This document shows positions 55,937 through 64,000 of a DNA stretch of 64,000 nucleotides, piece after piece. The number at the start of each line of letters is the position of its first letter. Position 1 is the first letter of the stretch. Made by a program: the position numbers and the translations under genes. Source of the DNA: a virus (Duplodnaviria > Caudoviricetes). The stretch is taken from positions 64,001 through 128,000 of the IMG/VR virus record IMGVR_UViG_3300027734_003164; one strand, written 5' to 3'. The notes beneath the pieces were generated by a model, which did not search any database, had not been told where the DNA came from, and saw nothing but the letters and a program-made list of their open reading frames with translations.

Positions 55937-56401
55937 TTATATGTTAATTATTATAAATTCACTTGAACCAAACGAATTGTTGTCGTCCGTATAATCTATT
56001 GTAAGTTTAGCTGTGTATTCTTGAGTTGACCTACCAGGTATTCTATATATATCACTTGTTCCTAATAACTCTTGGTTAATGTCACCTGGAGCCTCATCTG
56101 ATTGTAAATATGGAACCACTTTAATTTCATTTATAGTTAAATTTGGTATGTACTTGTCAACCTGTTGTTGTATTTCAGATTTGATTCCGTCAAACGTTTC
56201 ACCATCCAAAGGGTCAAAAATAAATTCATATATACGTGTTCCAAAATCAGGATTATAGTATCTACTACCTCTTGCGGTTAATATCAAATGTAAAAGGTCT
56301 GCCCGTATCTCATCACCAGCATTTTCGGTTAAATCAAAATAATAAGATTTTGGACTATCCCTAAAAGGGAAATTAATACCATAAGTTCTTCCATCTGCCA
56401 T
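55937..56401 (-). CDS. baseplate wedge subunit (T4 gp25 / GPW family)
   Basis: GINFPF, LLHLILTARGSRYYNPDFGTRIYEFIFDP. Confidence 0.88.
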   Translation of the reverse strand: MADGRTYGINFPFRDSPKSYYFDLTENAGDEIRADLLHLILTARGSRYYNPDFGTRIYEFIFDPLDGETFDGIKSEIQQQVDKYIPNLTINEIKVVPYLQSDEAPGDINQELLGTSDIYRIPGRSTQEYTAKLTIDYTDDNNSFGSSEFIIINI

Positions 56402-56452
56402 ATTACATAAATATAATATCCAACATTTTTAGTTAAATAGATATAAATAAAA

Positions 56453-56473
56453 AATCCGAGTATAACTCGGATT
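56453..56473 (-). terminator. intrinsic terminator after nrdA
   Basis: AATCCGAG-TATAA-CTCGGATT with a T-run on the minus strand. Confidence 0.8.
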
Positions 56474-56478
56474 AATTT

Positions 56479-58881
56479 TTAAGAAGAACAACCAAAACAA
56501 TCAAAGTCTGAATTAGTTGGTTTTGGTGGAAGATTCGTGTATGAATATTCTACCTTTGGTTTTTCCTTTTTTGTAACATCTAAAGCTAAGTGTTTTGCCC
56601 CTGTTGAAATGGCTTTTGTTCTTACGTAATAACAAAGAGTCTTTAAACCTTTTTCCCATCCATAAAAATGTGAAGATGTTATTTTAGAAAGTGTTGGATT
56701 TGACATGTAAATGTTCATAGATTGTGATTGGTCGATAAACGGAGCCCTTTCGGCTGACATGTCAATCAGTTCTTTTTGTGAAATTTCCCAAATAGTTTTG
56801 TATTTCGGAATCAAATGTTCAATTCTTTTAACCTTTCTATTATAACCTTTTTCTTCAGTATCTAAGTAATTGTTGAAATTAATATTTTGAATTGAACCTT
56901 CGTTCATAATAATTTCATTTTTTAAATCCTCAGACCAAATTCCAATTTTTTCAAAGTCGTTGATTAGATATTTGTTTACAATCATAATTTCTCCCCCAAC
57001 AACTCGTCTATTAAATAAAGCCGAATGTGCGGGTTCTGTCATTTCAAATGAACCTGTGATTTTGGCGGAAGACGCCACAGGCATTTGAGCGGTGAATAAT
57101 GAATTACATACACCATAAGTCATAACATCTTTTTTCAAGGTTTTCCAATCCATAAACAAATCTTCTTCAGAAAGTCCCCACATGTCAAATTGAAAAATCC
57201 CTTGTGACATAGGTGAACCTTTAAAAAACTCATATGGAGTTCTTATCCCTTTTTTACACAAGTCATTACTTTCAAGAATAGCCGCGTAATAGATTGTTTC
57301 AAAAATATTTTTATTTAATTTTTTAGCCTCAGGTGAGGTAAATATATAATCCATTAAATAAAATACATCCGCCAATCCTTGTGTTCCAATTGCAATCGCT
57401 CTTTGTTCTAATCCACCTCTATGACCTTTTTCGGTAGAGTAGGTATTTTTATCAATAACATTGTTTAATGCTTTAACAATTTTTCTAACTTCACTTATTA
57501 ATAAATGATAATTGAACTGACCGTCTTTTATATAATTTTTTAACACTACCGACGACAAAGTACAAATTGCAGTGGTTTTTTCATCTGTGTATTGGTAAAT
57601 CTCATTACATAGGTTAGATTGTTTAATTACTCCAATATTTTGATGGTTAGTTTTTTTGTTCGCGCTATCTTTAGAACATAAATAAGGAACACCCGTTTCT
57701 ACTTGAGACTCGACAATTTTACTCCAAATGTCTTGTGCTTTAACTTTTTTACCAATACCCATGTTAACTGCCGTGTTATATACTTCTTCGTATTCATCTC
57801 CAAAACATTCTTGTAATGCTTTTAGTCCTGCCTTTTTAATATCATTAGGACAGAATAAATACCAATCGGTGTTGTTCTTAACTGCATTCATAAAGTTGTC
57901 AGGAATCCAAAGCGCGGTAAACAAATCACGAGCTCTTAACTCTTCGGCTCCTGTGTTCTTTTTAATATCTAATAAATCAAATATGTCTTTGTGCCAAGGT
58001 TCAAGATATATAGCAGCACTACCCGGTCTTCTACCTTGTTGATTAAAAAATCTTAAAGACTCATTAACGATTTTTAAATATTTCAACAATCCACCCGCAT
58101 AACCACCTGAACTTGAAATTCTACTTTCTTTACTTCTTATGTTAGACATTGAAAGACCAATTCCTGCCGCGTCCGATGAATAAGTTGAAATATCATTCAT
58201 TGTATTTAACAAACCTTCTCTTGAGTCTGAATCGTTGTAGTGTAAAACACAAGATGCTAGTTGTGGTGTTTTGGTACCAGAGTTAATCATAATTGGTGTT
58301 GCCGGTGAAATAAGTTGTGCCGATAAAGAGTTATAATATTCTAATGCCTCCTCTAAAGTATTAGTAACCCATATAGCAACTCTCATATACATGTGTTGTG
58401 GTCGTTCAACAACTTTCCCATTTGGTCTTTTTAACAAATACATTTCTTGTAATGACCTCCAAGCAAAATAATCAAAGTTATAATCGTTGTCATGTTTAAT
58501 TGCAACATCAACAACATCTTCACCATAGTATTCAATTTGTTTAATTAACTCTTCATTAACTACCCCATCCTCGTAAAGCAATCTCATAGTTTTTGAAAAA
58601 CTTTCATCAGTTTCTTTATGGTATGAGGATATTGCAACCGACGAAGCCATTCTTGAATAGTCGTGATGACTTCCCGTATATGCTGCGGCAATCTCATAAA
58701 TTAACTTATCAAGTTCTTTTGTTGTTACTTCTCCCTCAGTCGGAACTGATGTAATTACTTTAATAAAAATTTCATCTGAGTTTACGTTCAAACCTTTTGA
58801 TGAACGTTTTACTCTGTTATAAATTTTTTGCGGATTGAACGCGACGTTTTCTCCGTTTCTTTTGGTTATTTTTAATGACAT
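56479..58881 (-). CDS. nrdA: ribonucleotide reductase class Ia alpha subunit with ATP cone
   Basis: ITKRNGE ATP cone, ATPIMINSG, QLASC, QQGRRPGSAAIY, SNLCNEI, TAQMPVASS, LKTLCYYVR, terminal CFGC. Confidence 0.97.
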   Translation of the reverse strand: MSLKITKRNGENVAFNPQKIYNRVKRSSKGLNVNSDEIFIKVITSVPTEGEVTTKELDKLIYEIAAAYTGSHHDYSRMASSVAISSYHKETDESFSKTMRLLYEDGVVNEELIKQIEYYGEDVVDVAIKHDNDYNFDYFAWRSLQEMYLLKRPNGKVVERPQHMYMRVAIWVTNTLEEALEYYNSLSAQLISPATPIMINSGTKTPQLASCVLHYNDSDSREGLLNTMNDISTYSSDAAGIGLSMSNIRSKESRISSSGGYAGGLLKYLKIVNESLRFFNQQGRRPGSAAIYLEPWHKDIFDLLDIKKNTGAEELRARDLFTALWIPDNFMNAVKNNTDWYLFCPNDIKKAGLKALQECFGDEYEEVYNTAVNMGIGKKVKAQDIWSKIVESQVETGVPYLCSKDSANKKTNHQNIGVIKQSNLCNEIYQYTDEKTTAICTLSSVVLKNYIKDGQFNYHLLISEVRKIVKALNNVIDKNTYSTEKGHRGGLEQRAIAIGTQGLADVFYLMDYIFTSPEAKKLNKNIFETIYYAAILESNDLCKKGIRTPYEFFKGSPMSQGIFQFDMWGLSEEDLFMDWKTLKKDVMTYGVCNSLFTAQMPVASSAKITGSFEMTEPAHSALFNRRVVGGEIMIVNKYLINDFEKIGIWSEDLKNEIIMNEGSIQNINFNNYLDTEEKGYNRKVKRIEHLIPKYKTIWEISQKELIDMSAERAPFIDQSQSMNIYMSNPTLSKITSSHFYGWEKGLKTLCYYVRTKAISTGAKHLALDVTKKEKPKVEYSYTNLPPKPTNSDFDCFGCSS

Positions 58882-58891
58882 ATTAATAAAT

Positions 58892-59839
58892 TTAAAAATC
58901 TTCTGTGAATGTTATAGTTTCGTTTAATTTCGCTTTTTGGTATTCCATTGTTCTTGATTCAAAGAAATTTCCTTTTGTTTCAACTGCAATTTGTTCCATA
59001 AACTTGAATGGTTGTTCAACATTAAATTCTTTACTACAACCCATTTTCACTAACAAACCATCAACAACAAACTCTAAGTATTGTTTCATTAAATTTGAGT
59101 TCATACCAATTAATGATACTGGAAGTGATTCGGTGATAAATTCTTTTTCAATTTCTAATGCTGAAAGTAAAATTTCTTTAATTCTTTTTTCTGATGGTCT
59201 TTCTTCTAAGTGGTTATTTAATAAATGAATTGCAAAATCACAATGTAAGTTTTCATCTTTAAAGATAAGTGAATTAGCGTTACATAATCCTTGCATAATT
59301 CCTCTTGATTTCATCCAAAAAATAGAACAAAAAGAACCTGAAAAGAAAATACCTTCAACGGCAGCAAACGCAACTAACCTTTCGGCGAATGATGATTTTT
59401 CAATCCATTCCAACGCCCATTTAGCTTTCTTTTGAACTGCAGGTAGTCTGTCAATTGCATTGAAACACTCGTCTTTTTCTTTTGAATTTGAGATGTAAGT
59501 ATCTATTAACAATGAATACATTAATGAATGAATATTTTCCATCGCCAACTGAAATCCATAGAAAAACTTAGCCTCAGGATATTGAACTTCTCGATAAAAG
59601 TTTTCCGCTAAATTTTCATTTACAATACCATCTGAAGCTGCGAAAAATGACAGTACATTCTTGATAAAGTATTTTTCGTTTTCTGTTAAATTTTCCCAAT
59701 CTCTGATGTCATTTGTTAAATCGACTTCTTCTGCGGTCCAAAACGCAGCTTGGTGTTGTTTGTAAAATTCCCATATATCATTGTGTTCAATTGGGAAGAT
59801 GACAAACCTACCAGGATTTTCTGTTAATAATTTTTCCAT
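58892..59839 (-). CDS. nrdB: ribonucleotide reductase class Ia beta subunit
   Basis: [51 protein letters not shown]. Confidence 0.97.
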   Translation of the reverse strand: MEKLLTENPGRFVIFPIEHNDIWEFYKQHQAAFWTAEEVDLTNDIRDWENLTENEKYFIKNVLSFFAASDGIVNENLAENFYREVQYPEAKFFYGFQLAMENIHSLMYSLLIDTYISNSKEKDECFNAIDRLPAVQKKAKWALEWIEKSSFAERLVAFAAVEGIFFSGSFCSIFWMKSRGIMQGLCNANSLIFKDENLHCDFAIHLLNNHLEERPSEKRIKEILLSALEIEKEFITESLPVSLIGMNSNLMKQYLEFVVDGLLVKMGCSKEFNVEQPFKFMEQIAVETKGNFFESRTMEYQKAKLNETITFTEDF

Positions 59840-59853
59840 AATTTTTAATTAAT

Positions 59854-61233
59854 TTAAGATTGTTGTTCTTTTTGCTTTTTCTTTTCTAAAAGCTCTTTGA
59901 TTCTATTTTTATTTTTTTCTTCTTTTTGTTCTTCCAAACCTAAGAAAGTCATACTTTGTTCTGTGTCTATTTCTAACATTCCGTTGTCAAATTTACAGTT
60001 TTCAAAAACAACTCCGTCTTTACCAATTCTTGATTTGGTAATGGCAATTGTTGCCAAGTTCATTTCTTTCTGTTGTAGACTCTTAGCTACAGTAATGATT
60101 ACGTGACCAACTTGAGCCTTTTTAATTGACCCGCCCATTTGGTCTGTTGTAACCACTTCTGACGAAATCGAATTACGATTTCCTTGTGTTGCTGTCCAAC
60201 CTGCGATGTCCAACTCATGACACATTGATTCAAACCCTCTCATTACTGAACCTTCACTTTTCCATTCATCACCCATCATTTTGTCAGGAACAACACAGTC
60301 AATATAATCTAAAATAATCATATCAATTCTAATTCCTTCAGCCATCATCTTTCTAACTTGATTTTTGATTTGATTCATAGTTACGGTGTCGGATGGAAGT
60401 TTTTTTATAATCAACTTATTTTTCATAGTTTCCTTAATGTGTTTTACCTTCGCCATAACTTCATCTTTATTTTCAGACATGTCATCAGGGTGGATTCCCG
60501 TCCAAAGTGTATAATGTTTTCTTTGGATAATTTTTGGGTTGTCTTCAAAAAATATTTGAAGAACATTATATCCCAAGTTGAATGCGTGGTTTGCAATTTT
60601 AGTAGTAAATGTGGATTTACCTACCCCCGTCGGTGCTAAAATAACACCAATCTCACCCTTGGCTAAACCACCTTTCAATAGGTTATCAATACCTGCAACT
60701 CCAATTGGAATTGGGTGTCTGTAATCGTCGTTTAAAACCTCATCAAGGTTGAAGAAAACGTCGGTTGTTCCTTTATCGACCTCACCAACTTGTAACGCTC
60801 CTCTTACCATTTCTTCTAAGTGGTCATAACTTTCAAAATCACCCTTATCAATGATTGATTGAGCTTTGGTCATAACCTTCTGTAATTCTTGTTGTTTACA
60901 GAATTTTAATGACTTTTCTTGAACAAATAATGAACCGTCATCAGATACATCTTTTACTTGTTGTAATGTATCCAAAACACTCTTTTGAGCCATTGGAGAA
61001 GATATTTCTGACTTTGTAAGTTGTTCTAATGTATCAAATGTTGGAGTATGTTCATAGTTTGAATAAAACTCCTTAATCATTTGACAAATAATACGAAAAT
61101 ATTGGTTGTCAAAATAGTGTGGGTCAATAACTTCAAGAATGGAATTTGAGAAATCTTTATATAAAATAATATTGTTTAATAATTGAATTTGAAAAGTATT
61201 TCCTAAGTATCCGAAGTTTTTTTTGTCTGACAT
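59854..61233 (-). CDS. dnaB: DnaB-like replicative helicase
   Basis: Walker A APTGVGKST, FFED, IILDYID, WTATQGNR, KSRIG. Confidence 0.9.
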   Translation of the reverse strand: MSDKKNFGYLGNTFQIQLLNNIILYKDFSNSILEVIDPHYFDNQYFRIICQMIKEFYSNYEHTPTFDTLEQLTKSEISSPMAQKSVLDTLQQVKDVSDDGSLFVQEKSLKFCKQQELQKVMTKAQSIIDKGDFESYDHLEEMVRGALQVGEVDKGTTDVFFNLDEVLNDDYRHPIPIGVAGIDNLLKGGLAKGEIGVILAPTGVGKSTFTTKIANHAFNLGYNVLQIFFEDNPKIIQRKHYTLWTGIHPDDMSENKDEVMAKVKHIKETMKNKLIIKKLPSDTVTMNQIKNQVRKMMAEGIRIDMIILDYIDCVVPDKMMGDEWKSEGSVMRGFESMCHELDIAGWTATQGNRNSISSEVVTTDQMGGSIKKAQVGHVIITVAKSLQQKEMNLATIAITKSRIGKDGVVFENCKFDNGMLEIDTEQSMTFLGLEEQKEEKNKNRIKELLEKKKQKEQQS

Positions 61234-61270
61234 ATTCTGTATTTTTTTTATTTCTATATGATAAATATGA

Positions 61271-61723
61271 TTAAGCCAACGAATAATTAAGGTAATTATA
61301 AGATAAATTTTTATCTGAAAAAATGTCAGTTAAATCTTTTAATATCGTTTTTATTGTTGGTCGTATATCCAGGGTATATCTAGCCTTTGGTGGGTATACT
61401 TTAGCGTCGATGATGGTATGACAAATTGTCTCATTTCCAATTCGAATAATCAAATTAAAAACTTCCGGACCATCAGTATTTGATGTATCTAAGATAGATG
61501 AGTCTTCTTCAATTTGGAACCGATTTTCCAACATATAGAAAACTGTTTTGTTTCTTAGTTTTGTTTTTAACTCTTCTGACAATGATTTCATGTAGTCCAA
61601 TAACTCAATACTATTTTTAGCCTTTTGGTTAATGTTTCTTACATTGAAAAAACGTTGTACGACGAAGTTGTCATTTAATGTAATTAGAAATTCAACTTTA
61701 GTAATGTCCTGATTTTCTTTCAT
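61271..61723 (-). CDS. hypothetical protein (150 aa)
   Basis: Clean ORF in the replication cluster. Confidence 0.75.
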   Translation of the reverse strand: MKENQDITKVEFLITLNDNFVVQRFFNVRNINQKAKNSIELLDYMKSLSEELKTKLRNKTVFYMLENRFQIEEDSSILDTSNTDGPEVFNLIIRIGNETICHTIIDAKVYPPKARYTLDIRPTIKTILKDLTDIFSDKNLSYNYLNYSLA

Positions 61724-61727
61724 AATT

Positions 61728-62735
61728 TTAGTTTTTTGTTTTAAATTTTGTTTTTTCTTTTCTTGTTAACTTTAAAAACGGTTTTAAAAAATAAATCCAA
61801 TTATCATCTGTTTTTGGTAGGTATTTAAATATCCCGTCTTCCATCATCATTCGAATTAGGTTTTTATACCCTCTACCATCAGGGTCTAATGATTCTGAAT
61901 AGTACGAACTAACTAACTCTTTACCTTCTTGATTTATTAGTGGTTCATCTAAATCAATTAGTTTTTTATTAATTGCATAATACTCATCGCCAAATATACC
62001 TTCTTTTGTTTTACCAGACAAAAGATTTTGTAATGATTTGTTGTCTTTATTTTCTTTAAGGAGTTTTTCCCCTTTTGATAAAATATCGGATAATTCCACT
62101 TCTTTTTCAAGTATCTCAGGAAAAAACTTAATTAAAGTCTTTTCACCTAAATAAAAAATACCGTCGATATTATCGGATGAATCACCTGTAAGGATTTTAA
62201 TTATTTTGACATTATAATGGGGAACTTCAAAATCGCTCATTTTGATAGTGTCCCCCATCTTATAATATCTTTTTGTGGATGGTGAATAAATAGTTACCTT
62301 TTCAGAAATAAGTTGTGTAAGGTCTCTATCGCTTGAGAAAATTGTTTTATTCTCGTCTTCAGAAATTTGACAGTAATACGCAATTAAATCATCCGCTTCT
62401 GAATTTTCAACTTCAAGTTGTCTAACAAACATCTCTTCAAGATATTGCTTAACTCGTTGTTTTTGTTCATCATAAGAGTCTTGTTTAATCTCATTAGAAA
62501 GGTCTCTACGGTTTAATTTATACTTGGGGTATATCAACCTTCTCTGTGATGAGTTCGTGTCGCTATCCCAAAATACTACAACTTTATTATAGTTGTTCTC
62601 CTCTAAAAACTTTCTTAAAGTATTCAAAAAGTGCCAAATGGCCCCAATATGTTTTCCTTTGTGGAAATAATCTTTCACACCATGAAAACCAATTTTCATC
62701 AAATTGTTTCCATCAACCAATAAGGTTTTTGTCAC
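61728..62735 (-). CDS. 5'-3' exonuclease / RNase H (FEN family)
   Basis: LLVDGNNL, VFWD, RRLIYPKYK.NR, EADDLIA, SSDRDL, ILTGDSSDNIDG..GEKT. Confidence 0.92.
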   Translation of the reverse strand: MTKTLLVDGNNLMKIGFHGVKDYFHKGKHIGAIWHFLNTLRKFLEENNYNKVVVFWDSDTNSSQRRLIYPKYKLNRRDLSNEIKQDSYDEQKQRVKQYLEEMFVRQLEVENSEADDLIAYYCQISEDENKTIFSSDRDLTQLISEKVTIYSPSTKRYYKMGDTIKMSDFEVPHYNVKIIKILTGDSSDNIDGIFYLGEKTLIKFFPEILEKEVELSDILSKGEKLLKENKDNKSLQNLLSGKTKEGIFGDEYYAINKKLIDLDEPLINQEGKELVSSYYSESLDPDGRGYKNLIRMMMEDGIFKYLPKTDDNWIYFLKPFLKLTRKEKTKFKTKN

Positions 62736-62756
62736 TTTTTTTGTTTTTAATTGTTA

Positions 62757-63764
62757 CTACTCTACTTCTTCTTTTTCTGCTTTCAAATCAAAGTCACCAT
62801 CAACTCCGATTATTTCCTTCCAATACTCGGCATATTCTTTTTTGTATTGTTCGATTGATGCCTTTTCTTCGGAAGCTTCTTTTCCTGGTAAGAAACCGTG
62901 TGGTGTTACGATAATCTTTCCATCTTCAAAACCAAGTCCGTTGATGTGATTTTTCATAACAGACACCTTAGTTCTTGATGCAAACTTAACAGTTCTCTTA
63001 TCTTTAGTTGCTGTAATTTTTGTTGTACCAGCTCCTTTTTGATTTCCAAATAAGAATACTAATGAAGAGTTCAACCAAATAGCCTCACCACCTTTTGCTT
63101 TAATTTTAGGTTGTCCGAATGGATTGTCAGGTAATTCAACCCAAGGTTGATTAACAATGATTAAGGTATTTTCGTATTTAGAGTCAGCTTTACGTGAACC
63201 TGAAATACGTTGGTTAATACCCATACCAATCTTGTCGGCCAAAACACTTGCGTTGTGTTGTTTACCTCCTTTACCTTCGTAAGTCATTTTACAAGGAACA
63301 GAACCAACTGAGTCCCACATAATACACAATGAATAATCAATATCACCCTTTTCTTGAGCGTCTAATAAATCATTAATGTAATCTGTGATTTGTTCAATAT
63401 AATCAAAGTTATTATTGAATATATAAAAACCATCCCACTCTAATTCTCCTGTTTCTGTGTCAACAACTTCTTCACATTCAAACCCCATTAACTTAGCGTG
63501 GTCAAACGACCATTTTTGTTCAGTGATGATAAATACAGGTAAAATACCTTTCTTCTGAGCATCAACCGCAGTCTTAACTAATGCCGTTGTCTTACCCGTA
63601 TCTGAATGTCCTAAGAACATATTAATGTGTCCCATAGCAGGACCAGGTAAACCAACCGCATCCAAAAACGGAGAGCCAAGGTCAAAGAATCTTTGTGGTT
63701 TATATTTTGCAGAGGTAGAAAACTTTTTTTTCAAAGACCCAAAGTCGTTCTTTTTAATAGCCAT
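62757..63764 (-). CDS. RecA/UvsX-like recombinase
   Basis: Walker A GHSDTGKTT, ITEQ, WDSVG, IVNQ, KAKGGEA, KNHI. Confidence 0.9.
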   Translation of the reverse strand: MAIKKNDFGSLKKKFSTSAKYKPQRFFDLGSPFLDAVGLPGPAMGHINMFLGHSDTGKTTALVKTAVDAQKKGILPVFIITEQKWSFDHAKLMGFECEEVVDTETGELEWDGFYIFNNNFDYIEQITDYINDLLDAQEKGDIDYSLCIMWDSVGSVPCKMTYEGKGGKQHNASVLADKIGMGINQRISGSRKADSKYENTLIIVNQPWVELPDNPFGQPKIKAKGGEAIWLNSSLVFLFGNQKGAGTTKITATKDKRTVKFASRTKVSVMKNHINGLGFEDGKIIVTPHGFLPGKEASEEKASIEQYKKEYAEYWKEIIGVDGDFDLKAEKEEVE

Positions 63765-63985
63765 TATTGTTCGTAAATTTTAAAATTTTTTATAGTTTCC
63801 AACTTATCTTTTGCGTCTGTAAGTTGTGTGACTAAATTATCCATTTCTTCGGTGTGTTGTGGATGCTCACCAATACCAACAGGGTTTGTGAAATACACAT
63901 ATAATCTTGCTTCTGCATCTGCAATTTCAGACTCGTATTTTTTCACAAGAGCATCTTTTAATTTTTCTGCTAAAAATATGTTCAT
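63764..63985 (-). CDS. conserved phage hypothetical protein (73 aa)
   Basis: LVKKYESEI..A...VYFTNPVGIGEHP motif; stop overlaps the recA-like start. Confidence 0.7.
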   Translation of the reverse strand: MNIFLAEKLKDALVKKYESEIADAEARLYVYFTNPVGIGEHPQHTEEMDNLVTQLTDAKDKLETIKNFKIYEQ

Positions 63986-64000
63986 TTTTTTAATTTTTTA

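Noticed and set aside
56479-63764. Inteins or introns in nrdA, nrdB, dnaB, recA
   Set aside because: All have normal lengths and continuous motifs; no intein-terminal signature or insertion seen.
1-64000. Stop-codon reassignment as in some jumbo phages
   Set aside because: Genes tile densely in the standard code, core genes are full length, and TAG (e.g. 2167, 8604, 14845) and TGA (e.g. 23801) both act as stops.
1-64000. Bacterial or eukaryotic-virus origin of the window
   Set aside because: Baseplate gp6/gp25, UvsX-like recombinase, gp46/47-like genes, single-strand gene packing and bacterial promoters indicate a tailed phage; GT60 and LRR alone do not override this.

Overview
This is a 64-kb segment of a large, AT-rich (roughly 30% GC by eye), gene-dense tailed phage genome, probably a jumbo myovirus, read in the standard genetic code. 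All but two genes lie on the minus strand. A Bacteroidota host is inferred from TAnnTTTG promoters, a short RpoD-like sigma factor, SprB repeats and A-rich, SD-poor leaders. Core genes: RecA/UvsX, 5'-3' exonuclease, DnaB, NrdA/NrdB, primase, RuvC, PD-(D/E)XK exonuclease, SbcC/SbcD, gp6- and gp25-like baseplate proteins and a ~27-kb virion/adhesin block. Accessory genes: DnaJ, Hc1 histone-like protein, Dam-family methylase, LAGLIDADG and HNH endonucleases, an LRR protein and an amidase-fold protein. Most notable observations: (1) an intact EcoRI-family endonuclease with no adjacent cognate methylase, in a window where my manual scan found no GAATTC and no GATC; (2) a GT60 GlcNAc-transferase plus a second glycosyltransferase placed between Pro-Thr-repeat and Thr-rich collagen-like virion genes, suggesting phage-encoded O-glycosylation; (3) a structured ncRNA candidate at ~14.72-14.85 kb; (4) two unannotated RHH-gene + homing-endonuclease cassettes sharing an identical 17-nt start region; (5) a shared N-terminal helix ending in hydrophobic-x-E on several unrelated proteins, and a TATTTAT motif upstream of many starts. 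All family assignments come from motif recognition without database searches, and all counts are by eye.
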